Assembly (NCBI GenBank): GCA_964469335.1 | Contig: CAYXYK010000001.1 | Coordinates: forward strand, 14,501 to 78,500 | Length of the DNA: 64,000 nt | Direction of reading: 5' to 3' | DNA from: an uncultured Candidatus Saccharibacteria bacterium | GTDB lineage: Bacteria; Patescibacteriota; Minisyncoccia; Phycocordibacterales; UBA6899 | In this document: positions 37,776-47,375 of the stretch, piece by piece | How the letters are laid out: each line of letters begins with the position of its first letter | Numbering within the stretch: the first letter of the stretch is position 1 | The notes under the pieces: model-generated | The model's input: only the letters and a program-made list of their open reading frames with translations | The model's database searches: none | Told to the model about the DNA's origin: nothing | Position numbers and translations under genes: made by a program

Positions 37776-39214
37776 AGATCGCGTTCATAAACTATTTCTT
37801 CACGAAGTAACCCCTTCAATCGATCAATGAGACGTCTTTCTCTGTCGGATGCGGCAGCACCCTCACGGCGAATACCGTACTGATAGTGTTCCCTTATGAA
37901 AGATTTGATAGTAGCAACATCACCCTCGATGTTGCTGGAGTCAATGATGACGAATGAGATAATGCGTTCGTCGAATTCTCCGAATGGGACCCGAAATATG
38001 AACATTCCACTCCCCCTTCCCGTGAGGGATATTGTCCCAAGACCGCCTGCATAGTCAGCGGCATGACCCAAGACCCAAGGATTCTTATTCTCCCACCTGT
38101 AGCGGAAAGCCCCACTCGATGCAAAGAGCTCATGGTCAGGAGAAAGTGAAACATCCAATAAGTAATGCTCGTGATCAAAAACGTAGCGGAAGAGGCGCGT
38201 CAGGTCACGTGCTGATGTGGTTGATTCCTCGACATAAACGTTTGAAGCGAAATGTGTGTCCGTCATCCCAAGCTGCACTGCTCGTTCGGTCATATATGCT
38301 GTGAGGGTATTGCTTCCGAGTTCACGCAAAAGTGCATCTCGAGCAGTCTGGTTCGCATCAAAGAGTAGCGGGTAGATGAGACTCCCGAGTGGGAGCTCAT
38401 CGTCGCGACTCGGCGGTCGCCGCGAACCTGCTTTGCCGGAAAGAAGTAACTCTCCAATACGAACATTTTTGTACTGATCGAGCGTCTCGATCGCAGTGAG
38501 TGCGGTCGCAAACGAGACGAGTACCCCCTCTTCGTAAGGAGCGTTCGCATTTCTTTCCCATAGCACATCTCCTGTCTCTATGTCCGTGATACTGAACGAG
38601 GGGGCGGTGACGTTCGGGAGTTTCCCCTCCCCCCGAAGATAGTAGCGTGAGCTCGAAGCAAAAGACGAGCGAGGCAAACCTCCGGTGACAATGATCTTCA
38701 CACCGACTGACGCAAAATCATATACCTCATTCGCGTCTGAGTCGGACAATTCAATGGAAATACCGTCGTTACTTACGGACACATCACCGTCCTTATCAAC
38801 GGGAGTACCATGAATGAAATAGTTATCACCGAACTCGATCGCGTAAGGCATCCACAAACCGCTTCTTCTTGAAAGATGTTGTGGCTCTTTTCCTGAAACC
38901 GCATAACTGCCGGTGGGGACTTCATAAAGCGAGAGCGGTGTAGCGAAAGAAATGACCCGGAAAGCCTTTGTACTTGTTCCGTCTTCATAGAGGGTGATTT
39001 TTTTTCCTGCCTCATCGACTGCGATCACCTTGCCGAGAGCGGGCAGGGTCGTGGACTCACGGAGCTCTTCATGCAGTGCCGCTCGATATATCGCGGCTGG
39101 AGAAAGAGACTTCACCTCACTGGTGACAGGGATGAGCGTAGCTCCTCCGGCAACAAGCCCAACGATTGAAAGCCATGCGCCAAAGATGAAATACAGGCCG
39201 GACTTATGAGTCAT
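37772..39214 (-). CDS. peptidoglycan-enzyme-like pseudoenzyme: YkuD (L,D-transpeptidase)-like domain fused to an S11 D-Ala-D-Ala carboxypeptidase-like domain, catalytic residues substituted
   Basis: Signal anchor MTHKSGLYFIFGAWLSIVGLVAGG. YkuD-like block ITLYEDG…PTGSYAV…YAIEFGDNYFIHGTP…VSVSNDGISIELSDSDANEVY, with SNDGIS in place of SHGCIR. S11-like block LVSFATAL (SxxK becomes SxxT), FDANQTARDAL (SGN degenerate), and YMTERAVQLGMTDTHFASNVYV. Confidence 0.55.
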   Translation of the reverse strand: MTHKSGLYFIFGAWLSIVGLVAGGATLIPVTSEVKSLSPAAIYRAALHEELRESTTLPALGKVIAVDEAGKKITLYEDGTSTKAFRVISFATPLSLYEVPTGSYAVSGKEPQHLSRRSGLWMPYAIEFGDNYFIHGTPVDKDGDVSVSNDGISIELSDSDANEVYDFASVGVKIIVTGGLPRSSFASSSRYYLRGEGKLPNVTAPSFSITDIETGDVLWERNANAPYEEGVLVSFATALTAIETLDQYKNVRIGELLLSGKAGSRRPPSRDDELPLGSLIYPLLFDANQTARDALLRELGSNTLTAYMTERAVQLGMTDTHFASNVYVEESTTSARDLTRLFRYVFDHEHYLLDVSLSPDHELFASSGAFRYRWENKNPWVLGHAADYAGGLGTISLTGRGSGMFIFRVPFGEFDERIISFVIIDSSNIEGDVATIKSFIREHYQYGIRREGAAASDRERRLIDRLKGLLREEIVYERDL

Positions 39215-39848
39215 AACCTTTCGCGTGAGTGAGGAGGGTTCGTAAACGGTTGAAACCCTGATACCAAAAAAAGAAACATACGGCAGTGAACGCTCCGAGT
39301 GTGTCTGCAAGCATATCCTTCTGTGCATCCCATATATCCCCCTGGCTTCCGAGATACGCGGCACCTGCGACAGGGTCACTGGTCGCCGCATATATCCATT
39401 CGATGAGCTCATAACTCATCGCAATGGTAGCAATGGTGAATATCGGATACGTGAACAGCATGAATCTGTTCTTTACGGAACGCGAGAAGAGCAGCCACTC
39501 AGCAATAGGAAATGCATAGAATCCAACCGAAAAGTGTGCGATGCGGTCGAAATGATTCCGTTCGAAACCGAACATATCTGTCACAAACGAGAATGGGACG
39601 TGCTCAAACGTGTAGTGCCCTCCGACGGTATGCAAGAAGACGAGTACACTCATCATGAGGTATGACACCAGCGAGAAACGCACGCCGAACTTATAGAGGA
39701 CGGCCAATGACCCTACAATGAGCCACACTGTCAGATTTTCTACAAACCATGTCATTCGATCGAAGGGAGTAATTGCAAGGACTGAGAACAACACAAGGTA
39801 GAGCAACAGAAGCGTGAGGAGCCACTTAGGTTGGGGGTGCATGTCCAT
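39204..39848 (-). CDS. polytopic inner-membrane protein (DUF2238/YjdF-like, tentative)
   Basis: About 6 TM helices and 214 aa. Weak family assignment. Confidence 0.45.
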   Translation of the reverse strand: MDMHPQPKWLLTLLLLYLVLFSVLAITPFDRMTWFVENLTVWLIVGSLAVLYKFGVRFSLVSYLMMSVLVFLHTVGGHYTFEHVPFSFVTDMFGFERNHFDRIAHFSVGFYAFPIAEWLLFSRSVKNRFMLFTYPIFTIATIAMSYELIEWIYAATSDPVAGAAYLGSQGDIWDAQKDMLADTLGAFTAVCFFFWYQGFNRLRTLLTHAKGYDS

Positions 39849-39865
39849 GCTTTCAGTATAGCAAT

Positions 39866-40489
39866 TTATTTCTGTTCATCCCCTGCGTTATCCAGTATTT
39901 CCACTCGCTCCTCCGCTTTTTCAACACGCTTTTGGATCCGATTGAATATAAATGAGATCAGTAAAACGATGCTCGCCCCGGCAATCAATCCGAGAAGTAC
40001 ATACTTTTCGGCTCGATGAAAGTGAGTGATGTACGTTTCAATTGCACTCCCAAGGAAGTACCCGATACTTGAGAAGACTGCTGACCATACTGCTGCCCCA
40101 AGGAGATTGAAGATGAGAAAGCGTACTCCACTGACGCGGCTTGTCCCGAATAGCACCGGTATGAGCATTCGAAAACCGTACATGAATCGTGAGCCGAAAA
40201 TGAGCAGATTTTGATATCGCTCCATCAGACGATGGATCTTCTTTGCGCGCTCCTTAAGTTTCGGACGCGCATTCACAAATTCTGTCCCACGGTAGCGGCC
40301 GAAGTAGAAGAAGATCTGATCTCCGATCATCCCCCCGAGGAATGCCGCAAAGATGACTCCCTCGAGAGTGAGATACCCTTCGAATGCGGCAAATCCAGCA
40401 AGAGCGACGACCGTTTCCCCTTCAAGAAGGGTCGCTACAAAGATGAATAGGTATCCGTATTCCTGTATGAATGAAAGCAGGGTCTCCAT
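39866..40489 (-). CDS. DedA/SNARE-associated (TVP38) family membrane protein
   Basis: GYLFIFVATLLEGETVVALAGFAA…GDQIFFYFGRYRG, the DedA signature. Confidence 0.85.
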   Translation of the reverse strand: METLLSFIQEYGYLFIFVATLLEGETVVALAGFAAFEGYLTLEGVIFAAFLGGMIGDQIFFYFGRYRGTEFVNARPKLKERAKKIHRLMERYQNLLIFGSRFMYGFRMLIPVLFGTSRVSGVRFLIFNLLGAAVWSAVFSSIGYFLGSAIETYITHFHRAEKYVLLGLIAGASIVLLISFIFNRIQKRVEKAEERVEILDNAGDEQK

Positions 40490-40537
40490 GCCGAGAGTAT
40501 AGCATGGGACCCTGCTTTGGAAATGCTTGCTACGGGA

Positions 40538-40915
40538 CTACTTTTTCAGGAGATCTCGGATCTCACTCAAAAGCTTCACTTCATCAGAAACCTCTTTCTC
40601 AGCAGCAGGCTTTGCTTCTTCTTTCTTTTTCATGGCATTCATCGCTTTTACGACCATGAAGAGCACAAACGCGACAACAAGGAAAACGAATGCTGCTTGG
40701 ATGAACTTCCCGTATGCGATTGTTGCACTCCCAGCAGTGTACGCGAGTCCCGAAAAGTCGATCCCTCCAGTGATAGCACCGATGATCGGCATCACAATAT
40801 CTCCGACGAGAGAGCTCACGATCGCACCGAACGCACCTCCAATGACCACACCGACCGCAAGGTCAACGACATTTCCCTTCATTGCGAACGATTTGAATTC
40901 TTGAACCATCGACAT
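40538..40915 (-). CDS. mscL: large-conductance mechanosensitive channel MscL
   Basis: [40 protein letters not shown] is diagnostic. The track ORF 40538..40993 starts upstream at a non-native Met; likely start is MSMVQ or MVQ at 40915 or 40909. Confidence 0.9.
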   Translation of the reverse strand: MSMVQEFKSFAMKGNVVDLAVGVVIGGAFGAIVSSLVGDIVMPIIGAITGGIDFSGLAYTAGSATIAYGKFIQAAFVFLVVAFVLFMVVKAMNAMKKKEEAKPAAEKEVSDEVKLLSEIRDLLKK

Positions 40916-41017
40916 AACAGATTTGTTTATTACGTTAATCTTAGAAAAAATCATACACTGTGAGTGAGAAAAAGAGAAGCTTGAGTAAAACACGACAAGG
41001 CGGTACTCTCATATACA

Positions 41018-42085
41018 ATGTTCCACATGCTGAAACAGATCATCAAAGGAAGAGTATTCATATATGGCACACTGGTATTCTTTTGTGTCAGCGGATACCT
41101 GATCACCCGGGAACCTTCCCCCTCCCATCTTTCTCCGAACACGGCGTCAGTGCACTGCCTCGGGGCAAATGCGACATTTTATTGCTCAATGAACCACTTC
41201 GAGCTCATTACCCGGGCATTCGGCCCAAAAGTGGCAATGCAGAATCTCAAACATGAGTATTCGTCGAGAGCGGAGATCGTCAGTGATTGCCACCAACTCT
41301 CCCATGTCATCGGAAATAGCGCGGTCGAGCTCTATGGGGGCGACATCGCGAGAGCATTCAATGACGGAGATAGTTTCTGTTGGTCAGGGTACTATCATGG
41401 GGTAGTTGAGCGAGCAGTGAAAAACCACGGCGAAGCGTCATTCCTCCAGAATACGAATCAGCTTTGCGCAGCGATCCCAGGAAAGGAGCGCTACAGTTTC
41501 GACTACTATAATTGCGTGCACGGACTCGGTCACGGCATCATGGCGATCGAGGACAATGAACTCTTCGCCTCTCTCCCCCTCTGCGACAAGCTCGAAGGTG
41601 AATGGGAGCGTAAATCGTGTTATGGAGGTGTGTTCATGGAAAACATCATGGTCGACAACCGCAGCCACTTTGCGAAGTATCTCAAAAAAGACGACTTGAT
41701 GTACCCGTGCAACAGCGTTGAAACAATCTATAAGGAACAATGTTATCTGATGCAAACCTCATATGCTCTCAGCCAGAACGGATACAACTTCAGAGATACG
41801 TTCACACTCTGTGCCAACGTCGAGCCGGAGTTCCGAGATACCTGCACGCAATCGATCGGACGTGACGCTTCCGGTTCAACAGTCAGCAATATCTCACGAA
41901 CGATGACAAACTGTTCATATGCGCTCGATGATAATCAATACAAGAATTGCATCACTGGGGCAGTGAAGGATTTCATCTCCTACTTCCACGGCGATAACGA
42001 AGCAAGGGGGCTTTGCAGCGCACTCCCTCCTCGATTTACGTCACACTGTGACGAGATCCGTGTTTCGTATCTTCGAACACTATAA
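41018..42085 (+). CDS. membrane-anchored cysteine-rich repeat protein (hypothetical)
   Basis: N-terminal TM helix, then roughly 6 iterations of a CxxG/HG-containing unit (FCWSGYYHG, NCVHGLGHG, SCYGGVF, EQCYLMQ, DTCTQSIG, NCITGAV). Confidence 0.45.
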   Translation: MFHMLKQIIKGRVFIYGTLVFFCVSGYLITREPSPSHLSPNTASVHCLGANATFYCSMNHFELITRAFGPKVAMQNLKHEYSSRAEIVSDCHQLSHVIGNSAVELYGGDIARAFNDGDSFCWSGYYHGVVERAVKNHGEASFLQNTNQLCAAIPGKERYSFDYYNCVHGLGHGIMAIEDNELFASLPLCDKLEGEWERKSCYGGVFMENIMVDNRSHFAKYLKKDDLMYPCNSVETIYKEQCYLMQTSYALSQNGYNFRDTFTLCANVEPEFRDTCTQSIGRDASGSTVSNISRTMTNCSYALDDNQYKNCITGAVKDFISYFHGDNEARGLCSALPPRFTSHCDEIRVSYLRTL

Positions 42086-42682
42086 GACCTCTCTGGGCAA
42101 TCTCCAGATATAGAGAGCGAGCAAGAAAGAGACCGCAGACATGGTGAAGAATATGGATTCAAACCCGAATGCTTTGATCGCATACCCTCCGGCGAGCGCA
42201 GCGAGACCGGTCGCGATGGCAGTCATACCCTCGAGACCTCCCCACTCGGTGATCGAGCTTTCATGGGAGGTGTGGGCACTGTAAATGGCATCGAATGCAG
42301 GTACTCCGATTGCGGCAGCTATGCCCCAGAGCACTTGAGTGATGATGAGCTGGGAAAAACTGTCCATGAACGCATAGCTCAGGAACACCACCGAGCGGAG
42401 CACATACCCAAGTGCCAACAATAATTCCTGTTCCCTTACTCGCAATGACCACCTGGTGAAAAGAAGTGTGAGCACCCCGCAGATGATCTCGAATACCGCC
42501 CACGAGACTCCGGCTAGTGCGATGTCGCCGTTTATCTTTGTGACGAAGATCGCATAGAACGGTGCGAACATGCCGATCACGAAAGTGAAGATCATGTTGA
42601 GCGAGACCAGAATGCGCAGACTCTTGTTGAGGTGCACATTGGGAATGAAAAGGTGATAGAGCTGGCGTGCGAACGTGATCAT
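42080..42682 (-). CDS. half-size (6-TM) MFS-like membrane protein, possibly a truncated remnant
   Basis: Six TM helices resembling the C-terminal half of an MFS transporter. No partner half adjacent. Confidence 0.45.
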   Translation of the reverse strand: MITFARQLYHLFIPNVHLNKSLRILVSLNMIFTFVIGMFAPFYAIFVTKINGDIALAGVSWAVFEIICGVLTLLFTRWSLRVREQELLLALGYVLRSVVFLSYAFMDSFSQLIITQVLWGIAAAIGVPAFDAIYSAHTSHESSITEWGGLEGMTAIATGLAALAGGYAIKAFGFESIFFTMSAVSFLLALYIWRLPREVL

Positions 42683-42683
42683 G

Positions 42684-43220
42684 TTATTTCGACAGTGGGA
42701 GTTCTTCGATCACTTCAGTGAGCACCGGATGCGTTGCCATGAAACGGTAGGTGAAGAATGATAGCAACGCCCGAAGATTGTGCGCTTCATGCGCGACATC
42801 ACGCTTTCCTCCGAGGAGTTGCTCTATCTCATGCGACAATAATCCGCCATAATTTCTGATAACCTCAGTATCCGCCTCATCTTTGATGTACCGTATCGCC
42901 TTTTGATACTCCCCCTTCGGTAACCACATTGAACCGCATGAAGGACACAGAAGTGCAACCATTTCCCCGTTGTTCCAGTCGACTTCACGCATTATCGTGC
43001 TACATTCGGAACACTTTTCTTCTCGCTCTTTTGCAGAAAGCAATTCTTTCTTTTCCCAAAGCGAGACATCGAACCAGCCATGGGATTCGATATGGTCCTT
43101 GAGCACTTCGAGCTCCGTCTTCCTGAAGAACAGGCCGTGGCACAGATTACATACATGTGCGACAGTACCTCCGACATGGAGCTCAGTCAGCGTGTTCTCG
43201 ATATCGTGTGGACATTTCAT
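42684..43220 (-). CDS. tandem zinc-ribbon (zf-TFIIB-like) protein
   Basis: Two CPx…C and CxxC units: KCPHD…VCNLCHGLFF and KCSECSTIM…LLCPSCGSMWLPKGEYQ. Confidence 0.5.
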   Translation of the reverse strand: MKCPHDIENTLTELHVGGTVAHVCNLCHGLFFRKTELEVLKDHIESHGWFDVSLWEKKELLSAKEREEKCSECSTIMREVDWNNGEMVALLCPSCGSMWLPKGEYQKAIRYIKDEADTEVIRNYGGLLSHEIEQLLGGKRDVAHEAHNLRALLSFFTYRFMATHPVLTEVIEELPLSK

Positions 43221-43307
43221 AGTAGCCCAATCATAACGTTTCGCTGCAAAAAGGCAAAACCCGATCCACGCACCCAGGACGTTTGAAACTAAGTCATTGC
43301 TGCACCA

Positions 43308-43940
43308 ATGTGCCCTTCATGTTCGTATGTCATAATGAACAGACGTATGGAGCGAACAGACGAACAGCTTGTTACCCTGTACCGAGAAGGAGCAAGCGAC
43401 GCTTTCCAGGAACTTCTTGCACGACACTCCGACGGAATATACAATTTCACGTTCCGACTTCTTAAGAATCGCGAAGAGGCACAAGACATCACCCAAGAAG
43501 CGTGCATCAAGGCTTGGAGGAATATCGAGCGCTTCAATACGAATGAGAAGTGGAAAACGTGGATATACGCCATCGCCCGAAATACCGCGATCGACCACCT
43601 TCGAAAAAAACGTTCATTGGTATTCTCGGATACCGAACTTTCCTCAGGGGAGAACCCTGCGATCGATAATCAAAAAGATGACGAACCGCTCCCGGACAAA
43701 GTGGCGATGCAGATCGAAGACAAGGCACTCCTTGAGAAGGCTCTTGATGAGCTAACCCCCCTCTATCGAGAAGTGCTCTATCTTTACTACTATGAAGACA
43801 TGACTCTACAGGAAATCGCGACGCTCCTCGGTAAACCGATCGACACCGTGAAAAGTCAACACCGACGCGGCATGCGACTCCTGCGTGACGCCCTGATCCG
43901 CATCATTCCCCCTGAACATGCACCAAATTATCAAGGATAA
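43308..43940 (+). CDS. ECF-type RNA polymerase sigma factor
   Basis: Region 2 (DITQEACIKAWRN…WKTWIYAIARNTAID) and a region-4 helix-turn-helix (MTLQEIATLLGKPIDTVKSQHRRGMRLLR). The true start is probably MNRRMERT. Confidence 0.85.
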   Translation: MCPSCSYVIMNRRMERTDEQLVTLYREGASDAFQELLARHSDGIYNFTFRLLKNREEAQDITQEACIKAWRNIERFNTNEKWKTWIYAIARNTAIDHLRKKRSLVFSDTELSSGENPAIDNQKDDEPLPDKVAMQIEDKALLEKALDELTPLYREVLYLYYYEDMTLQEIATLLGKPIDTVKSQHRRGMRLLRDALIRIIPPEHAPNYQG

Positions 43941-43954
43941 TCGTATATTGAGAC

Positions 43955-44371
43955 ATGAAAGACCATTATTACAAACTCTTCCAAGGACTCGCCACAGAAC
44001 CTCTCCCAAGTGAGTGTCATGACCGCATCGCGCGTGAGATCGCACTCCTTGAGCGGCGAGTGGTCTTCGTGCGACGGATCTCCTTCGCCGCGGTATTTGC
44101 CGTTTTCATTTCCGTTTTCGTCCCATCTTTCAATTTCCTCGCAACCCAGCTTTCGGAATCTAGTTTCTATTCTTACGCTTCACTCCTTATGAGCGACAGT
44201 GATCTCACCTTCCTGCACTCACAGGAATTTATTTTTTCTCTGATCGAATCACTCCCGATATTTGGAATCACTATCACCCTGACCCTGATCTTCCTTCTTC
44301 TTGGCGCGATACGACTTGTAGCGATCGAATCGAGGCAGGCGACGGGATTTTTTACAACTCATGCAGCATAA
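43955..44371 (+). CDS. putative membrane anti-sigma factor
   Basis: Immediately downstream of the ECF sigma gene: a short cytoplasmic N-terminus followed by TM helices. Confidence 0.4.
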   Translation: MKDHYYKLFQGLATEPLPSECHDRIAREIALLERRVVFVRRISFAAVFAVFISVFVPSFNFLATQLSESSFYSYASLLMSDSDLTFLHSQEFIFSLIESLPIFGITITLTLIFLLLGAIRLVAIESRQATGFFTTHAA

Positions 44372-44380
44372 TCATCTATC

Positions 44381-44872
44381 ATGAAGCAATTCTTTAATTC
44401 CACTAATTACAAACGCCTGACACTCTGGGTCGGATTTGTCGTAGTCTTGCTCCTGACCTTCCAGGGAGGTATTTTCGTCGGATTCCACAAGGCTTCGATG
44501 GCATACCAGTTCGATGAGCGCTACCGTGGGGCATATGGAGAGCACTTTCGGTCCGGACCCTTCGGCCTTCCGCAGGATGATTTTCCCGAAGCACACGGTG
44601 CGGCAGGACGAGTACTTTCGGTCAGTCTTCCCACCCTTGTGATCGAAGACAAAAATTCTGAAAAGATCGTAGTCATTACCGATGAAACAGTGGTACGAAA
44701 GAACCGAGACAAAGTAGGCGCTGAAACGATCGGGGCGAACGACTTTGTTGTCGTTATTGGTTCACCGAATGCAAAGCAGGAGGTAGTGGCGAAATTCATA
44801 CGCATGCTTCCGCCCCCGCCGAACTTCATTGTGAGCACCAGCACGGCAACGAATACCGGAGCTACAAAATAA
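44381..44872 (+). CDS. hypothetical membrane-anchored protein
   Basis: One N-terminal TM helix. No motif. Confidence 0.4.
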   Translation: MKQFFNSTNYKRLTLWVGFVVVLLLTFQGGIFVGFHKASMAYQFDERYRGAYGEHFRSGPFGLPQDDFPEAHGAAGRVLSVSLPTLVIEDKNSEKIVVITDETVVRKNRDKVGAETIGANDFVVVIGSPNAKQEVVAKFIRMLPPPPNFIVSTSTATNTGATK

Positions 44873-44877
44873 CGAAC

Positions 44878-46659
44878 ATGATCAAAAACTATTTTCAAAA
44901 AATTCGGACTTTCATACCGGCGCACAAATTCTGGTCGGGAGTGATTGCTCTTATTGTGCTCTGGGGTGCCTATGCGGGCTTCAGCAAGATCACCAGTCCG
45001 GTCGGTGAAGTGCGCTATACGACCGCGATCGCAGTAAAAGAGACCCTGGTCACTTCTATCTCTGGATCAGGGCAGGTTTCTGCTTCGAACCAGATCGAGC
45101 TCAAAGCAAAAGCGTCCGGCGAGATCCTTTCCCTCCCCATTCGTGAAGGCAACATGGTCTCTCCGGGAACGGTGATCGCACGAATCGATTCCGCAGATGC
45201 GCAGCGAGCAGTACGTGACGCACAAATAAGCTTGAGGAGTGCTGAATTGACGCTTGAAAAGCTGAAGAAACCAACAGACCCCCTTTCACTTACACAGTCA
45301 GAAAATTCACTCGCTCGCGCATCAACATCGAAACAGAATGCGCTCGACAATCTGACAAAAGCATACAACGACGGATTCAATGATATATCCAACACCTTCA
45401 ATGATCTTCCCGGTGTTGTTTCCGGACTCCATGACCTATTATTCTTGCCGAACAACCAGCTCGGGGGCAATAACGTAAATAATATCGACTACTACTCCAG
45501 TTCGGCGAGTGTATTTGACCCGCGCGGAAAAGTCTATGGTGATGATACGTATGCGAAATACCAGGCGATGCTCACGGCGTACAACAAGAACTTCGCGGAC
45601 TACAAGGAACTTGACCGGTCGGCAGATTCAAGCGAGATAGAAGCAATGATTGAAGAAACTTATGCTACTTCCCTGCTTGCGGCTGATGCGGTCAAGAGTG
45701 CAAGTAATCTCATCCAGTTCTTCCAGGACCAAATGACGCAGCATTCACAAAAGATTCCAACGCTTTCTAATACACAACTCGCTTCCCTAAATAGCTACTC
45801 AGGAACAACCAACACGCACTTGAGTGAACTGCTCGCTGTGGAAAGCACAATCAAGAGCAATAAAAGCACAATCATCGACGCAGAACGCACGATTAAGGAG
45901 AACACTCAGTCGCTCGCGAAACTTGTCGCCGGCACAGACCCGCTCGACCTTCGCAGTGCAGAACTCACCGTCGAGCAGCGAACCAACGCCTTGCGCGACG
46001 CAGAAGAAACACTGGCAAATTATACGGTGCGCGCACCGTTCGCAGGGACCGTCGCAAAACTCAGCGTGAAGAATTACGATTCTGTCGGGAATGGAACAGT
46101 CGTGGCTACGCTCGCCGCGATGAACCAGATGGCCGAAATATCGTTGAATGAGGTCGATGTCGCAAAAGTTGCCATAGGACAGAAAGTGACCCTCACCTTT
46201 GATGCAATAGAGGGGCTATCACTAACGGGTGTGGTATCGGAAATTGACACCATCGGCACTGTTACTCAAGGGGTCGTAACTTATAACGTCAAGATCGCTT
46301 TTGATACCCAAGACGAACGCGTGAAGGGCGGCATGAGCGTCAATGCGTCGATTATCACAAATGTGAAAGCAGACACCCTCGTTGTTCCCAATAGCGCAGT
46401 AAAGACTCAGGGAACCGGACACTATGTCGAGATATTCGACCCCCCTATCGCCACTACGTCTGGAAATCAGGGTACGGTTTCGAAGGTAGCACCACACAAA
46501 GTACAGGTCGAAATCGGACTTGCCAATGACACCTCGACGGAGATAACATCGGGACTTAAAGAAGGAGAACAAGTGGTCACGAAAACCACAACTACAACTG
46601 CAGTAAAAACGGCAGCCCCCAGCCTCATCGGAGGAGGCTCGTCTCGAAGGATCCCATAA
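44878..46659 (+). CDS. efflux-pump periplasmic adaptor (HlyD/MacA membrane-fusion family) with an extended coiled coil
   Basis: N-terminal TM anchor, lipoyl/biotinyl-like halves (…GEILSLPIREGNMVSPGTVIARID… and …ANYTVRAPFAGTVAKLSV…), and a long alpha-helical hairpin. Confidence 0.8.
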   Translation: MIKNYFQKIRTFIPAHKFWSGVIALIVLWGAYAGFSKITSPVGEVRYTTAIAVKETLVTSISGSGQVSASNQIELKAKASGEILSLPIREGNMVSPGTVIARIDSADAQRAVRDAQISLRSAELTLEKLKKPTDPLSLTQSENSLARASTSKQNALDNLTKAYNDGFNDISNTFNDLPGVVSGLHDLLFLPNNQLGGNNVNNIDYYSSSASVFDPRGKVYGDDTYAKYQAMLTAYNKNFADYKELDRSADSSEIEAMIEETYATSLLAADAVKSASNLIQFFQDQMTQHSQKIPTLSNTQLASLNSYSGTTNTHLSELLAVESTIKSNKSTIIDAERTIKENTQSLAKLVAGTDPLDLRSAELTVEQRTNALRDAEETLANYTVRAPFAGTVAKLSVKNYDSVGNGTVVATLAAMNQMAEISLNEVDVAKVAIGQKVTLTFDAIEGLSLTGVVSEIDTIGTVTQGVVTYNVKIAFDTQDERVKGGMSVNASIITNVKADTLVVPNSAVKTQGTGHYVEIFDPPIATTSGNQGTVSKVAPHKVQVEIGLANDTSTEITSGLKEGEQVVTKTTTTTAVKTAAPSLIGGGSSRRIP

Positions 46660-46670
46660 CCATCACCTGC

Positions 46671-47375
46671 ATGATCGAAGTACGCAACGTAACAAAGGTC
46701 TACCGGACCGGAGACGTGGACAACAAGGTCCTCTCTGAGGTCTCTTTCACTATAGATGACGGTGAATTCGTGGCGATCATGGGTCCTTCAGGGTCCGGGA
46801 AGTCTACGATCATGCACATACTCGGTGCCCTTGATACCCCGACATCAGGGAAATATTTTCTTGACGGGAAAGACGTATCCACACTCAGCGATGACGAACT
46901 CGCGGAGATCCGGAAGAATCGTATCGGATTTGTATTCCAGAGTTTTAACTTGCTGAAAAGGACAACGGTATTGCGAAATGTCATGCTTCCCCTTATCTAT
47001 GCAGAAGTTCCTGCGGAAGAACGAGAACGCAGGGCGCGCGCGGCACTCACGGCGGCAGGACTCGATGAGTCGCATTACCTCCACCTCTCGAATCAGCTTT
47101 CCGGAGGGCAGATCCAACGAGTCGCCATTGCGCGCGCGCTCGTGAATGATCCATCACTGATCCTTGCAGATGAACCGACCGGAAATCTCGACTCAAAGAC
47201 AAGTGATGTTGTACTTGGAACGTTCCAGAAACTCAATGAAGAAGGTCATACAGTGGTGCTTATCACCCACGAACGCGATGTAGCTGAGCACGCAAGGCGC
47301 ATCATCTTCATCCGAGACGGTAAAGTGGTCGAGGACACAAAAAACACTACTAGACGAATAGCCGAACGATCATGA
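46671..47375 (+). CDS. ABC transporter ATP-binding protein (MacB/LolD-like)
   Basis: Walker [10 protein letters not shown], signature [15 protein letters not shown], Walker [12 protein letters not shown]. Confidence 0.92.
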   Translation: MIEVRNVTKVYRTGDVDNKVLSEVSFTIDDGEFVAIMGPSGSGKSTIMHILGALDTPTSGKYFLDGKDVSTLSDDELAEIRKNRIGFVFQSFNLLKRTTVLRNVMLPLIYAEVPAEERERRARAALTAAGLDESHYLHLSNQLSGGQIQRVAIARALVNDPSLILADEPTGNLDSKTSDVVLGTFQKLNEEGHTVVLITHERDVAEHARRIIFIRDGKVVEDTKNTTRRIAERS

